Positions 47,984 to 55,794 of a DNA stretch of 64,000 nt are shown piece after piece (the first letter of the stretch is position 1; each line of letters opens with the position of its first letter). The notes under the pieces are model-generated. The model saw only the letters and a list, made by a program, of their open reading frames with translations, did not search any database and had not been told where the DNA came from. The translations under genes were made by a program, and so were the position numbers. This stretch comes from a virus. The DNA lies in IMG/VR virus record IMGVR_UViG_3300025141_000025, positions 64,001 through 128,000 of that record. One strand, written 5' to 3'.

Positions 47984-48283
47984 TTAACTGCCAAGCATCT
48001 CGTCTAAACCAAGCATAGATTTGCACATAAAATAAGAATAATGTAATCTTTCGAAAGTTTGCCAAACATATTCAACACTCACAGGTCTCACGGACATCTT
48101 TAACCAGTAATCCGGATTAATGTCGACTGCGACGTCCTCAGCCTCTCTGATGTTTTCTGCCCTGATAAATTGTACATGGCTTTTAAATTCCCTGTGGGGA
48201 GTTTTTTCATATAATTCAAAAATACTGCCTTCCATTTCTTCATTATTTTTGAACAGATCCATCTGTATTGCTAGATTATTCAT
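47984..48283 (-). CDS. Hypothetical protein
   Basis: In operon, RBS GAGGAG. Confidence 0.55.
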   Translation of the reverse strand: MNNLAIQMDLFKNNEEMEGSIFELYEKTPHREFKSHVQFIRAENIREAEDVAVDINPDYWLKMSVRPVSVEYVWQTFERLHYSYFMCKSMLGLDEMLGS

Positions 48284-48292
48284 TTTCGTATG

Positions 48293-48445
48293 TCACTCCT
48301 CTTTATTCCACGGTGCGTCTGGGTCTTCCATTATCGATACCATACTTTTTTCGAATCCGCGGGTCGCTATCCAAGCACCCAAGACCATTCCCACAGCCGT
48401 ACAGCCAAGAAATGTAAGTGCCACCAGTATGGAATCCCAGCTCAT
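48293..48445 (-). CDS. Small membrane protein (50 aa)
   Basis: Not in ORF track. Manual translation MSWDSILVALTFLGCTAVGMVLGAWIATRGFEKSMVSIMEDPDAPWNKEE*; fills the gap between its neighbours. Confidence 0.6.
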   Translation of the reverse strand: MSWDSILVALTFLGCTAVGMVLGAWIATRGFEKSMVSIMEDPDAPWNKEE

Positions 48446-48447
48446 CT

Positions 48448-48630
48448 CTACTTAATTCTCACATGCGATTTCAAAATTTCGTCTAAGCTTTTTACAATTG
48501 ATGACAATGTGTAGGCAGTGTCTTGTGCTCGCATCATTGCCAATGGATTTTCTTTTCCCTCAATAGTTTGAAAAGATTTTATGGTAAATTCACGAAGCTG
48601 TATTAACATTTGAATTTCTTTTTGTGTCAT
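48448..48630 (-). CDS. Hypothetical protein
   Basis: TAATG overlap with the upstream gene. Confidence 0.55.
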   Translation of the reverse strand: MTQKEIQMLIQLREFTIKSFQTIEGKENPLAMMRAQDTAYTLSSIVKSLDEILKSHVRIK

Positions 48631-49313
48631 TATTCATTAGCCCAATCAGACGCGCCTAACAGGTATTGTCCTAAATCACTCGCATCTAATTTATCCAAAC
48701 TCAATCTAAATGAATTACCGAATTCTATGGTGATCATATCTCCCACAACAGAAACCCTTGTTGCATAAGGCGTGTTATTGTCTAGGTCCCTAAGCGTAAC
48801 TCTTCGTTCCCACTGAGCCCCGGGCTTTGTAATTGGACTTTCATCAATTCGAGCTTTCTCTTCCTTGATGATTCTTCTAAGCTGTCGCTTTGAAATTTTC
48901 GTTCTGCCTTCTTTAAAGCTGCGCTGGTGAATCTCTTCATCGCTTAAGACACCACCAGCATCGTACTCTTTTCGTGCAATCTTGAGTTCTCTACTGAGGT
49001 CATCATGATCTATACCAAATTCATCAGCCAGAGTCCGGTGATTCCACCCCTGCGTCGCCGGATCATCTCGATCGCGGGAAACAAAATATGTTGCCATGAC
49101 GGAAGATGATGCAGGTGTTATGTGACCGTATTCTTTTGCCCATTTCTTATAGTGATTAATTAATTTTTCCGCCGTCTGATCTCCACCCATGGGAGCATCG
49201 CCGGTCGGATTATCGCGATACCGTTCGTAGTCTCCAGGAACAGTTGGGTCATAAGGTCGGCCACCATACTCTTTTATGATTCTTCTTAGTTGTTGCTTTG
49301 TGATTTTCATCAT
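48630..49313 (-). CDS. MKITKRQL-leader protein with a second internal leader
   Basis: MKITKQQLRRIIKE ... FKEGRTKISKRQLRRIIKEEKARIDE. Confidence 0.8.
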   Translation of the reverse strand: MMKITKQQLRRIIKEYGGRPYDPTVPGDYERYRDNPTGDAPMGGDQTAEKLINHYKKWAKEYGHITPASSSVMATYFVSRDRDDPATQGWNHRTLADEFGIDHDDLSRELKIARKEYDAGGVLSDEEIHQRSFKEGRTKISKRQLRRIIKEEKARIDESPITKPGAQWERRVTLRDLDNNTPYATRVSVVGDMITIEFGNSFRLSLDKLDASDLGQYLLGASDWANE

Positions 49314-49573
49314 CTAGCTCCATGTACCTTTTCAGCCATAAGCCTAAGTGCCTCTTTTCTAATTCCGGGTGAGCGAAACCCACCGCCAATACGTTCGGCT
49401 GAGATTCGGATAAACTCTATTAGCTCATCAGTCTGCATCTCAACCTCAGCTAGAAAATCAGCACGCATTTCATCTTCATCATCAGAAATAGTCCCGTCGG
49501 GATTCATTTCCCTAACAAGGCGAGATTTCTCTTCTTTGATGATTCTTCTCAGCTGTCTTTTTGTTATTTTCAT
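49310..49573 (-). CDS. MKITKRQL-leader protein
   Basis: MKITKRQLRRIIKEEKSRLVRE. Confidence 0.8.
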   Translation of the reverse strand: MKITKRQLRRIIKEEKSRLVREMNPDGTISDDEDEMRADFLAEVEMQTDELIEFIRISAERIGGGFRSPGIRKEALRLMAEKVHGAR

Positions 49574-49809
49574 CTTGTCGGTCCTCTTAAATTGTCCTTT
49601 AGTTCTCTAATGATCTTTTCTAACCCACCAACGATACCCATTGCCGTCTCGGGATCCTCTAAATTCCATCCCATACCTGCAGCAAGATCATCAATTGTTG
49701 TCCATACACCTTCGAATGTGTCGATATTGACCTGACCACGATTCTCATTGAGAAGTTTAGTTTTCTCTTCTTTGATGATTCTTCGAAGTTGGCGATCTGT
49801 GATTTTCAA
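49570..49809 (-). CDS. MKITKRQL-leader protein
   Basis: TTG start; MKITDRQLRRIIKEEKTKLLNE. Confidence 0.8.
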   Translation of the reverse strand: MKITDRQLRRIIKEEKTKLLNENRGQVNIDTFEGVWTTIDDLAAGMGWNLEDPETAMGIVGGLEKIIRELKDNLRGPTR

Positions 49810-50045
49810 CTTTGGTTCCCTTTTCTTAGTTCACTTGCTACAGTTTCCAATGCATCAGCAAATGTACCTTGAACCGCAGGGTCTGACATATCTACAGTGC
49901 CGGCCATTGCTTCGTCATCGAGCCAACGCCATATACCATCAACTGCATTTTGCCAGAGTCCGCCCTGAACATCTGGTTCGACACGCATGGATTGCGCTGT
50001 TTCTTCCTTGATGATTCTTCTAAGTTGTCGTTTTGTAATTTTCAT
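49806..50045 (-). CDS. MKITKRQL-leader protein
   Basis: MKITKRQLRRIIKEE. Confidence 0.8.
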   Translation of the reverse strand: MKITKRQLRRIIKEETAQSMRVEPDVQGGLWQNAVDGIWRWLDDEAMAGTVDMSDPAVQGTFADALETVASELRKGNQS

Positions 50046-50152
50046 TTTACGTTACACTTTCCTAAACAGTTACTGCAGCCACAACAGCCACAGCAACAAC
50101 AGCAGTGTGCGGAATTAAATAGGTTCCAAAGGCGGTGAAAAAAAGCTTTCAT
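50042..50152 (-). CDS. Cysteine-rich micro-protein (36 aa, 10 Cys)
   Basis: Not in ORF track. MKAFFHRLWNLFNSAHCCCCCGCCGCSNCLGKCNVK*; TAATG overlap upstream and ATGA overlap downstream. Confidence 0.75.
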   Translation of the reverse strand: MKAFFHRLWNLFNSAHCCCCCGCCGCSNCLGKCNVK

Positions 50153-50514
50153 TATGAATAATCTCCATTAATAAGCTTATCAGTAAACTCTTCCATGGTT
50201 TTGTACGCCAATTGCCTAATTCTTCTTGTAAGTTCGTTTTCAAGGTCAATTGCTGCGTCATCCACCTGTGCTTTCCATGCAGTTTTTGCATCGCCGGCCG
50301 TATCACCCATAGCCATCATAGAGGGATCACCCTTGTCAAATGCTTTGACTTCTGCATCGTGCCATTTATCGACAAGTTCACCTACGTCCTTCCAGTCAAC
50401 CCGGGGCCAGTGGTGAGCTCGTCGTTCCAAGCTAGGCATATCATCCTGTTCATCAAGGACTTTGGCCTTCTCTTCTTTGATAATTCTTCTTAGTTGCCTT
50501 TTCGTAATTTTCAT
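50152..50514 (-). CDS. MKITKRQL-leader protein
   Basis: MKITKRQLRRIIKEEKAKVLDE. Confidence 0.8.
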   Translation of the reverse strand: MKITKRQLRRIIKEEKAKVLDEQDDMPSLERRAHHWPRVDWKDVGELVDKWHDAEVKAFDKGDPSMMAMGDTAGDAKTAWKAQVDDAAIDLENELTRRIRQLAYKTMEEFTDKLINGDYS

Positions 50515-50954
50515 TTTTTATCCTTAGGGGTTGGCTTTTGTGTTTTTTTGATTTCATAAAATACAATATTAACGAATTCACCACTCTGTCCAAGCTGATC
50601 TAATTTAAGAAACTTGGCAGAGAATATTTCGTCAGATGATGTAGCATTTTGATATTCAACATACATCAGCATTAAAAGTTTAGCACCGGTCATATGTTTT
50701 TCAGACGAATCACCTGGAAATGTTACCATTAAAACATCATTCACACCTAGACAGTTGCTGTGTCTTATTACCTTCGCGACCATTGGAAATCTAAAAGCAG
50801 GTACATCATGCACCTCGACCGGAGAATTACATTTATCTATCACGGCCTGCACAGTCAGGTGATCATAAGATGGAATCACATTTTTAGTTGTAGTGGTACA
50901 AGATCCGCACCCAATCACAAATGTAAGCAATAAAACTGTTAAAATATTCTTCAT
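50511..50954 (-). CDS. Putative lipoprotein
   Basis: MKNILTVLLLTFVIGC lipobox-like signal. Confidence 0.65.
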   Translation of the reverse strand: MKNILTVLLLTFVIGCGSCTTTTKNVIPSYDHLTVQAVIDKCNSPVEVHDVPAFRFPMVAKVIRHSNCLGVNDVLMVTFPGDSSEKHMTGAKLLMLMYVEYQNATSSDEIFSAKFLKLDQLGQSGEFVNIVFYEIKKTQKPTPKDKK

Positions 50955-50958
50955 TCAA

Positions 50959-52023
50959 TTAACCTTTCATAAGACCAGATAGCTTTTGCCACCGCTCCAA
51001 GATAATTACATCCTCGGGTCGGAGATTATAAGATTCAGTCTTTGTTTTGTTTCCTAGCGCATTACCTATAGCGGTAAGATATTCCAGCGTTTTGTCAGTG
51101 CCCAGTTTTTTAAGGTCAACTTTGGCTATAGTTTTGATATCAGCACTCGGATCATTAAGCATTGTGGCGGCCCACCGATGATGACCATCGAGAATCTCAT
51201 CGTCGAGAGAGGCATATGCTTTAAGGTTACCACCGGAAACACCATTTACTGCCATTCCGAGTGCCTTGGGTAAGAGAATATTAGTTTGTGTGGGTACTGC
51301 TTTTTGTGCTGCCATACCTCCACCCAGCTTAATTTCAATACTGTCATCACTATCTTCACCGTCATTGGCACCAAGTCCAGCAGTCATAAATTCTTCAGCA
51401 CCGGGTGCGTCCATACCAAGAAATGCATTGGGAGCGGGAGCATCGCGCTCAACCAAATAATGTAACCCCTGTTTCCAGGCTGCCTCCTTAAACGGTTCAG
51501 CAATGTCGATATTGTATTTTCCGCCAGGTGTCAAAGCATCAGCAACATCTTTGACATCACCGGTTGCATCTTTCGGCCCGGGCAAGAAAGGCATCTTACT
51601 TTTTGGAAGTCCGCTACCGGGAATTTTTGAACCAACTGCTTCAACCCTTTTAATAAACGTTCCAGTACCCAGTTCTTCCAACCAGTCAGCAACCTTATCC
51701 GGATCTGGTTTGACAACAGTCTCCTCACCATCATCGCCCTTATCGGTAAATTCCATAGCCTTGAAAATAGGCTGTTCAGGATCACGAGTTAAAATTTGAG
51801 CAGCGACCTCTTTCGCATCGGCACCTTTAAAGTTTAACTGGTTGTCAAATGCAGTGCCTTTTGGCTCGCCTACATCAACAACCTCTTTTTCTCCCTCGGC
51901 CGATTCTTCTTTTGTTTCTTCAAAAAGAAATGTTGATAACATTGAGCGTGATGATTTAGGTTTACGGTGCTCAAGTATCACATCATGAATAATTTTTTGA
52001 AGATGTGCCTTTGTGATCTTCAT
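50959..52023 (-). CDS. Leader-bearing ParB/Srx-like domain protein
   Basis: MKITKAHLQKIIHDVILE; VPTQTNI...ILDGHHRWAA; C-term IILERWQKLSGLMKG. Confidence 0.7.
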   Translation of the reverse strand: MKITKAHLQKIIHDVILEHRKPKSSRSMLSTFLFEETKEESAEGEKEVVDVGEPKGTAFDNQLNFKGADAKEVAAQILTRDPEQPIFKAMEFTDKGDDGEETVVKPDPDKVADWLEELGTGTFIKRVEAVGSKIPGSGLPKSKMPFLPGPKDATGDVKDVADALTPGGKYNIDIAEPFKEAAWKQGLHYLVERDAPAPNAFLGMDAPGAEEFMTAGLGANDGEDSDDSIEIKLGGGMAAQKAVPTQTNILLPKALGMAVNGVSGGNLKAYASLDDEILDGHHRWAATMLNDPSADIKTIAKVDLKKLGTDKTLEYLTAIGNALGNKTKTESYNLRPEDVIILERWQKLSGLMKG

Positions 52024-52025
52024 GA

Positions 52026-52433
52026 TTAAATTTCCCCAGAAAGATCGCCCAAGTTTAATTCAGCACTTTCTGATAGGACATCAACTTGAGCTTCTAGCAT
52101 CTCTTGTAAGGCTGCAGCCTGAGCTGCCAATGCCTCAACAATCGGGGCCTTTTCGTTGATTTCTGGTCCACAATTAGTACAATGTTGCGCTGCATTTTGA
52201 ACAGACTCAACAACCAAGTCCAAGGATCTTGCAGCGACCTCCATTTCAGTAAGCATGTCACCGGCTGGATCTTCACTTTCATTTACAAGCTCACCCACAG
52301 CGTCTGCCACATCCACAGCAGGCAGCTCAAGTGCCACAGCCTCAGGCGCAGGTCCATGATCTCCACATGCTTCCTGTAATTTTCGGCGTTCGTTTCTAAT
52401 AATTCTTCTTAGTTGTCGTTTTGTGATTTTCAT
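52026..52433 (-). CDS. MKITKRQL-leader protein
   Basis: MKITKRQLRRIIRNERRKLQE; AGGAG RBS; CxxC. Confidence 0.8.
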   Translation of the reverse strand: MKITKRQLRRIIRNERRKLQEACGDHGPAPEAVALELPAVDVADAVGELVNESEDPAGDMLTEMEVAARSLDLVVESVQNAAQHCTNCGPEINEKAPIVEALAAQAAALQEMLEAQVDVLSESAELNLGDLSGEI

Positions 52434-52523
52434 TTTTTGCTCCTATTTTCATCACATTTATTACAAATAAACTATTTCATCCTTTGAAATAATTTTATAG
52501 TGTTTTTTACCTTTTGATCATTT

Positions 52524-52907
52524 TCAAAAGCTGGCCCCTAAATCAATTTCAATAGATCGATCCTCAGCCCATTGTTCAACATCAAGTGGACCGATAAAAC
52601 CATCCTGCGGTGGCTTACTATCAAGCCATGTTCGATTGGGTGCTCCAGCATGCTGAGCCAGGTCATCCAAATCTTCAAACCCTAACCCTCTTTGGTCTAG
52701 CCATTCACCCCAGCCTTTTTCAAGCTCGGCATCAGTCCTTTGTTCACCTTCGCCTCCAGGTGCGTAGTAATCTTCCTCACCTGGAGGTGCAGAAAAATCT
52801 CGATCATCTGAGTGCCATAGGTCTCTAACTTGGCGATCCACACCCGGCATACCTTCGCTAAGTGACTCCTTGATAATCTTTCTTAGTTGTCGGCAGGTAA
52901 GTTTCAT
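52524..52907 (-). CDS. MKITKRQL-leader protein
   Basis: MKLTCRQLRKIIKESLSE. Confidence 0.8.
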   Translation of the reverse strand: MKLTCRQLRKIIKESLSEGMPGVDRQVRDLWHSDDRDFSAPPGEEDYYAPGGEGEQRTDAELEKGWGEWLDQRGLGFEDLDDLAQHAGAPNRTWLDSKPPQDGFIGPLDVEQWAEDRSIEIDLGASF

Positions 52908-52909
52908 GA

Positions 52910-53230
52910 TTAGCCCTCCACTAAATCCATAACAACGGAATTAGTTGCACTGTTAATTGTTCGTTCAATTAGCTTGGCCTCATCAGGATCGAGGTAATCA
53001 GCGCCAATAGAATTCAAATAATCCATAATTTCTTCTCTAATAATGTCTGACAGATAACTCTTGTCAAAGACACCGTGATCTGGTTTAGGGTGAAGTGCTT
53101 GCATTCTAGCTCGAAAGTCATCATCCATCTTTGCTGCAGCCATACCCATATCAGCTGGAGTCATCTGCTCCATTAGTCTAGCCTTCTCTTCTTTGATGAT
53201 GCACCTGAGTTGTCGTTTGGTGATTTTCAT
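52910..53230 (-). CDS. MKITKRQL-leader protein
   Basis: MKITKRQLRCIIKEEKARLME. Confidence 0.8.
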   Translation of the reverse strand: MKITKRQLRCIIKEEKARLMEQMTPADMGMAAAKMDDDFRARMQALHPKPDHGVFDKSYLSDIIREEIMDYLNSIGADYLDPDEAKLIERTINSATNSVVMDLVEG

Positions 53231-53235
53231 GATTG

Positions 53236-53508
53236 TTAACGCTCCTGCAGCGACTGTATGACAAAGTTGATTACTTGGCGGGTTGTCAAAGGGCCATCTT
53301 GATAGTCTAAGTCGACCAGCCCTGAGGCATTTTCAATGGCCTCGTCCACCGCGACCATTAAATCCTCAAGGACAGATTCACCGGGAGCATATTCACCTTG
53401 GATACCCTGATTAAACTTATAGTCCGGCCGGCGGGTAGGCTGTTCATTCATAAGTCTAGCCTTCTCTTCCTTGATGATTCTTTTTAGCTGTCTTTTTGTG
53501 ATTTTCAT
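53236..53508 (-). CDS. MKITKRQL-leader protein
   Basis: Start 53508; MKITKRQLKRIIKEEKARLMNE. Confidence 0.8.
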   Translation of the reverse strand: MKITKRQLKRIIKEEKARLMNEQPTRRPDYKFNQGIQGEYAPGESVLEDLMVAVDEAIENASGLVDLDYQDGPLTTRQVINFVIQSLQER

Positions 53509-53509
53509 T

Positions 53510-54121
53510 TTAATCCCCTGTGTATCCCACATGTAGTCTTTTGTCTTCCAACGCAGCAATTACCATTTTTTGATCGGAATATTCTCCACTACTTCGATCA
53601 AGAGTCTTCAGAACTCTGTAAGCTGCTTCGATTTCCTCTTGAACTTCCGAGACTGCCTTCTGCTTGCTCTTGTAATAATCAGCAATCCCTGCGTCTTCTT
53701 TAAAGAGTTTGGCTTTCTCTTCTTTAATGATTCTTCTGAGTTGTCTTTTTGAGATTTTCATTTTTCCTTCTCTAATGACTTCGAGCGATCCGTTTGGAAA
53801 ACCCGTCTTAAATCCTAGTTGGTTAAGATAGCCTTGAATCTCATATGTTCTATCGCTACTTCCAAACCCTTCCATGCTGTCTTCATATCGCCAAGCTAAC
53901 TCGTCCGCAAGGTCTATCGCCAATATAGCATGCCTCGTCTCAACGCTCTGAAACTCTTCTGGGGTCAATAGTTGCTCAGCTGCCCGTGTATATTCATCTG
54001 GATACATTATGTAATCGACACCTGGCTCTGGACCTTGTGCAGTCATAGAACCTCTCTCTAAAAGATTCCGCTTTTCTTTTCTAATAATTTTTCTTAGATT
54101 TCTTTTTGTGATTTTCATCAA
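53510..54121 (-). CDS. MKITKRQL-leader protein with a second internal leader
   Basis: MKITKRNLRKIIRKEKRNLLE ... VIREGKMKISKRQLRRIIKEEKAKLFKE. Confidence 0.8.
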   Translation of the reverse strand: MMKITKRNLRKIIRKEKRNLLERGSMTAQGPEPGVDYIMYPDEYTRAAEQLLTPEEFQSVETRHAILAIDLADELAWRYEDSMEGFGSSDRTYEIQGYLNQLGFKTGFPNGSLEVIREGKMKISKRQLRRIIKEEKAKLFKEDAGIADYYKSKQKAVSEVQEEIEAAYRVLKTLDRSSGEYSDQKMVIAALEDKRLHVGYTGD

Positions 54122-54423
54122 ACGCCTCGCCTCTTCATGTCATGTGCTAAATCTGACATCTCTTCGCCGGCATCCATCAAAAGTTCTTCCAGTTTGTCAT
54201 ACCTGGACGTACCGAATTCGTTACCGTCATCAAGCCACTCCGGAGGTACAGACTTTATCTTTCGATACTCAAAGAACATTTTGTCCAATGCTGATCTCAT
54301 GGCCTCAACCTTATCAACCTCATCCTGGTTGAGGGTCAGTTGTCGGACATCTTTCTCAGCTCGGATCTCATTTACAAGTTTGCCCTTAATAATTCTTTTT
54401 AGTTGTTGTTTAGTAATTTTCAT
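54118..54423 (-). CDS. MKITKRQL-leader protein
   Basis: Start 54423; MKITKQQLKRIIKGKLVNE. Confidence 0.8.
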   Translation of the reverse strand: MKITKQQLKRIIKGKLVNEIRAEKDVRQLTLNQDEVDKVEAMRSALDKMFFEYRKIKSVPPEWLDDGNEFGTSRYDKLEELLMDAGEEMSDLAHDMKRRGV

Positions 54424-54719
54424 GAATTTTCCTTCGTGCCAAAGATCCAATTATAAATGCTAGCCGGAATTTCTTCACGCGGAGGGTACTCTAAAGTTCC
54501 AATAAACAACCTTAAATTTTGTGATCCCGTTATTGATCCCGTCTTGATTTCTTCAAGTACCTGGTCCCTGACATATTCCAACGCAACGGCATCATCACGA
54601 TATAACATTTTCATGGTGGCATCTGTTTCTGATAACAGGTGACTACGAATAAACCCTATTTTTCTGTTGATAGCCGCGATGCCGTTTTCTAATTCTTGGC
54701 GTGTAATTCGACTACCCAT
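54420..54719 (-). CDS. Hypothetical protein
   Basis: Start reassigned to ATG 54719 (GGAG RBS), MGSRITRQELENG. Confidence 0.55.
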   Translation of the reverse strand: MGSRITRQELENGIAAINRKIGFIRSHLLSETDATMKMLYRDDAVALEYVRDQVLEEIKTGSITGSQNLRLFIGTLEYPPREEIPASIYNWIFGTKENS

Positions 54720-55236
54720 TGTTTTTCTCCAACATGTGACGAACCATGGTCGTAATGTCCCCACGGGTGATTCGTAAAATTTGTGATTTCGATCGAGCTG
54801 ATTCGGCGATGCGGCGGCCCATACCGGATTGTCTAGGCACATCTTGAAAATCAAATTCACCAGGCATCAGCTCTTCAAGTTCTCGCCTTTCTTTTTCGAT
54901 GGCAGCCTGTTGCTCGACATCCAGTTTCTCCTGTTCGATCATGGCGTCGTAATAGTCATCCAAGTCTTTAATGGCTGTGTTGTATTCTTCCACAGTCTTG
55001 TATGGTCTGTGGCGAGGTCGAAACCCGTGGAGCTCTTTAAAATAATCAGAGTAAGTCTGCCCTAGAACTGATAGAGCCAAATCCTTACCTGTTACGACGC
55101 CCTGCCTCTCCCAAAAGGCTTGGTCTGTCACGTACCCGGCGCCGGTTTGAGCATTTATTTTTTCTGCTTCTTCCTGCGCGGTAGGTGCGAATTGCATGGC
55201 TTCGCGAATTATTCGTTTAAGTTGAGTTCTTTTCAC
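54712..55236 (-). CDS. First gene of the array, shortened leader MKRTQLKRIIRE
   Basis: GTG start with GAGGAG RBS; YSDYFKELHGFRPR motif. Confidence 0.75.
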   Translation of the reverse strand: MKRTQLKRIIREAMQFAPTAQEEAEKINAQTGAGYVTDQAFWERQGVVTGKDLALSVLGQTYSDYFKELHGFRPRHRPYKTVEEYNTAIKDLDDYYDAMIEQEKLDVEQQAAIEKERRELEELMPGEFDFQDVPRQSGMGRRIAESARSKSQILRITRGDITTMVRHMLEKNNG

Positions 55237-55309
55237 TTCATCTCCTCAGCGAACAATGACAACACTGCTAAGTATCGACAAAAAGCCAGACTTGAACGGT
55301 GAAACGAAG

Positions 55310-55723
55310 TTATTTCTTCGGAGCTGACTCTTCCATGGCTTCGAGCGTCTTGGTGAGCAACTGAAGTGCCAGGTTATCCGGATCGGCGGCTTCACTCATC
55401 TTTTGTAGCGCTTCGATGAGGTCCCCGGCTTTTTCTGTGTTTTCTTTGATTCGGGCAATGGCATCATCCAGGGCCTGAAACTGGTCGTCGTGTGTTTGGG
55501 CTTTTAACACCATGAAATCTTGAGTGCTGAGGCTTGGGGCGCTGTAGAAATTGTCGACGGCCTCGGTGTTGCCAGCTTCCGGTTTTTCCCATTGGGTGTG
55601 TTGGTCCCGGGACGGAACTGCTGTCGTCTCAATCTTTTCGGCGTGGGACCTGGTGCGGTCCGCGGCAGAGGTGGGTTGAACGATGTTGGGATTGTGGGCA
55701 GCGCCCACGGAGTTGATACTCAT
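55310..55723 (-). CDS. Hypothetical protein (helical C-terminus)
   Basis: ORF open to 55777; MSINSVGAA start favoured. Confidence 0.55.
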   Translation of the reverse strand: MSINSVGAAHNPNIVQPTSAADRTRSHAEKIETTAVPSRDQHTQWEKPEAGNTEAVDNFYSAPSLSTQDFMVLKAQTHDDQFQALDDAIARIKENTEKAGDLIEALQKMSEAADPDNLALQLLTKTLEAMEESAPKK

Positions 55724-55794
55724 TTTTCGCCTGTTTTTTTCCCTGTCGGGGTCGAATCCTGCCAAAGGTAGGTACATCTAAATATCCCTTTTCA

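Larger units (their letters stand above)
42823..55236 (-). repeat. Dispersed coding repeat of about 45 bp encoding MKITKRQLRRIIKE at the 5' end of about 25 genes
   Basis: Starts at 44277, 44759, 45098, 45316, 45564, 45989, 46276, 46536, 46958, 47599, 49310/49313, 49573, 49809, 50045, 50514, 52023, 52433, 52907, 53230, 53508, 54118/54121, 54423; divergent at 43476, 43724, 55236; internal copies near 48899 and 53761. Confidence 0.95.

Noticed and set aside
49950-50138. Plus-strand Gln-rich ORF / CAG-CAA microsatellite
   Set aside because: It is the antisense shadow of the minus-strand Cys-rich ORF, which has start/stop overlaps with both neighbours.
44008-54423. Recurring 45-bp sequence as a CRISPR array or integron attC sites
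   Set aside because: The repeats are in-frame coding sequence with synonymous variation, non-palindromic, and separated by 0.2-1.7 kb of coding sequence. No cas gene or integrase is in the window.
42823-55236. Leader family as RiPP precursors or diversity-generating retroelement targets
   Set aside because: Cargo regions are protein-sized with no shared core chemistry. No maturase, reverse transcriptase or adenine-variant template/variable repeat pair is seen.
55310-55723. FlgD-like similarity (SLSTQDFMVLKAQ)
   Set aside because: Lacks the QDP..P motif and the beta domains; the match is too short.
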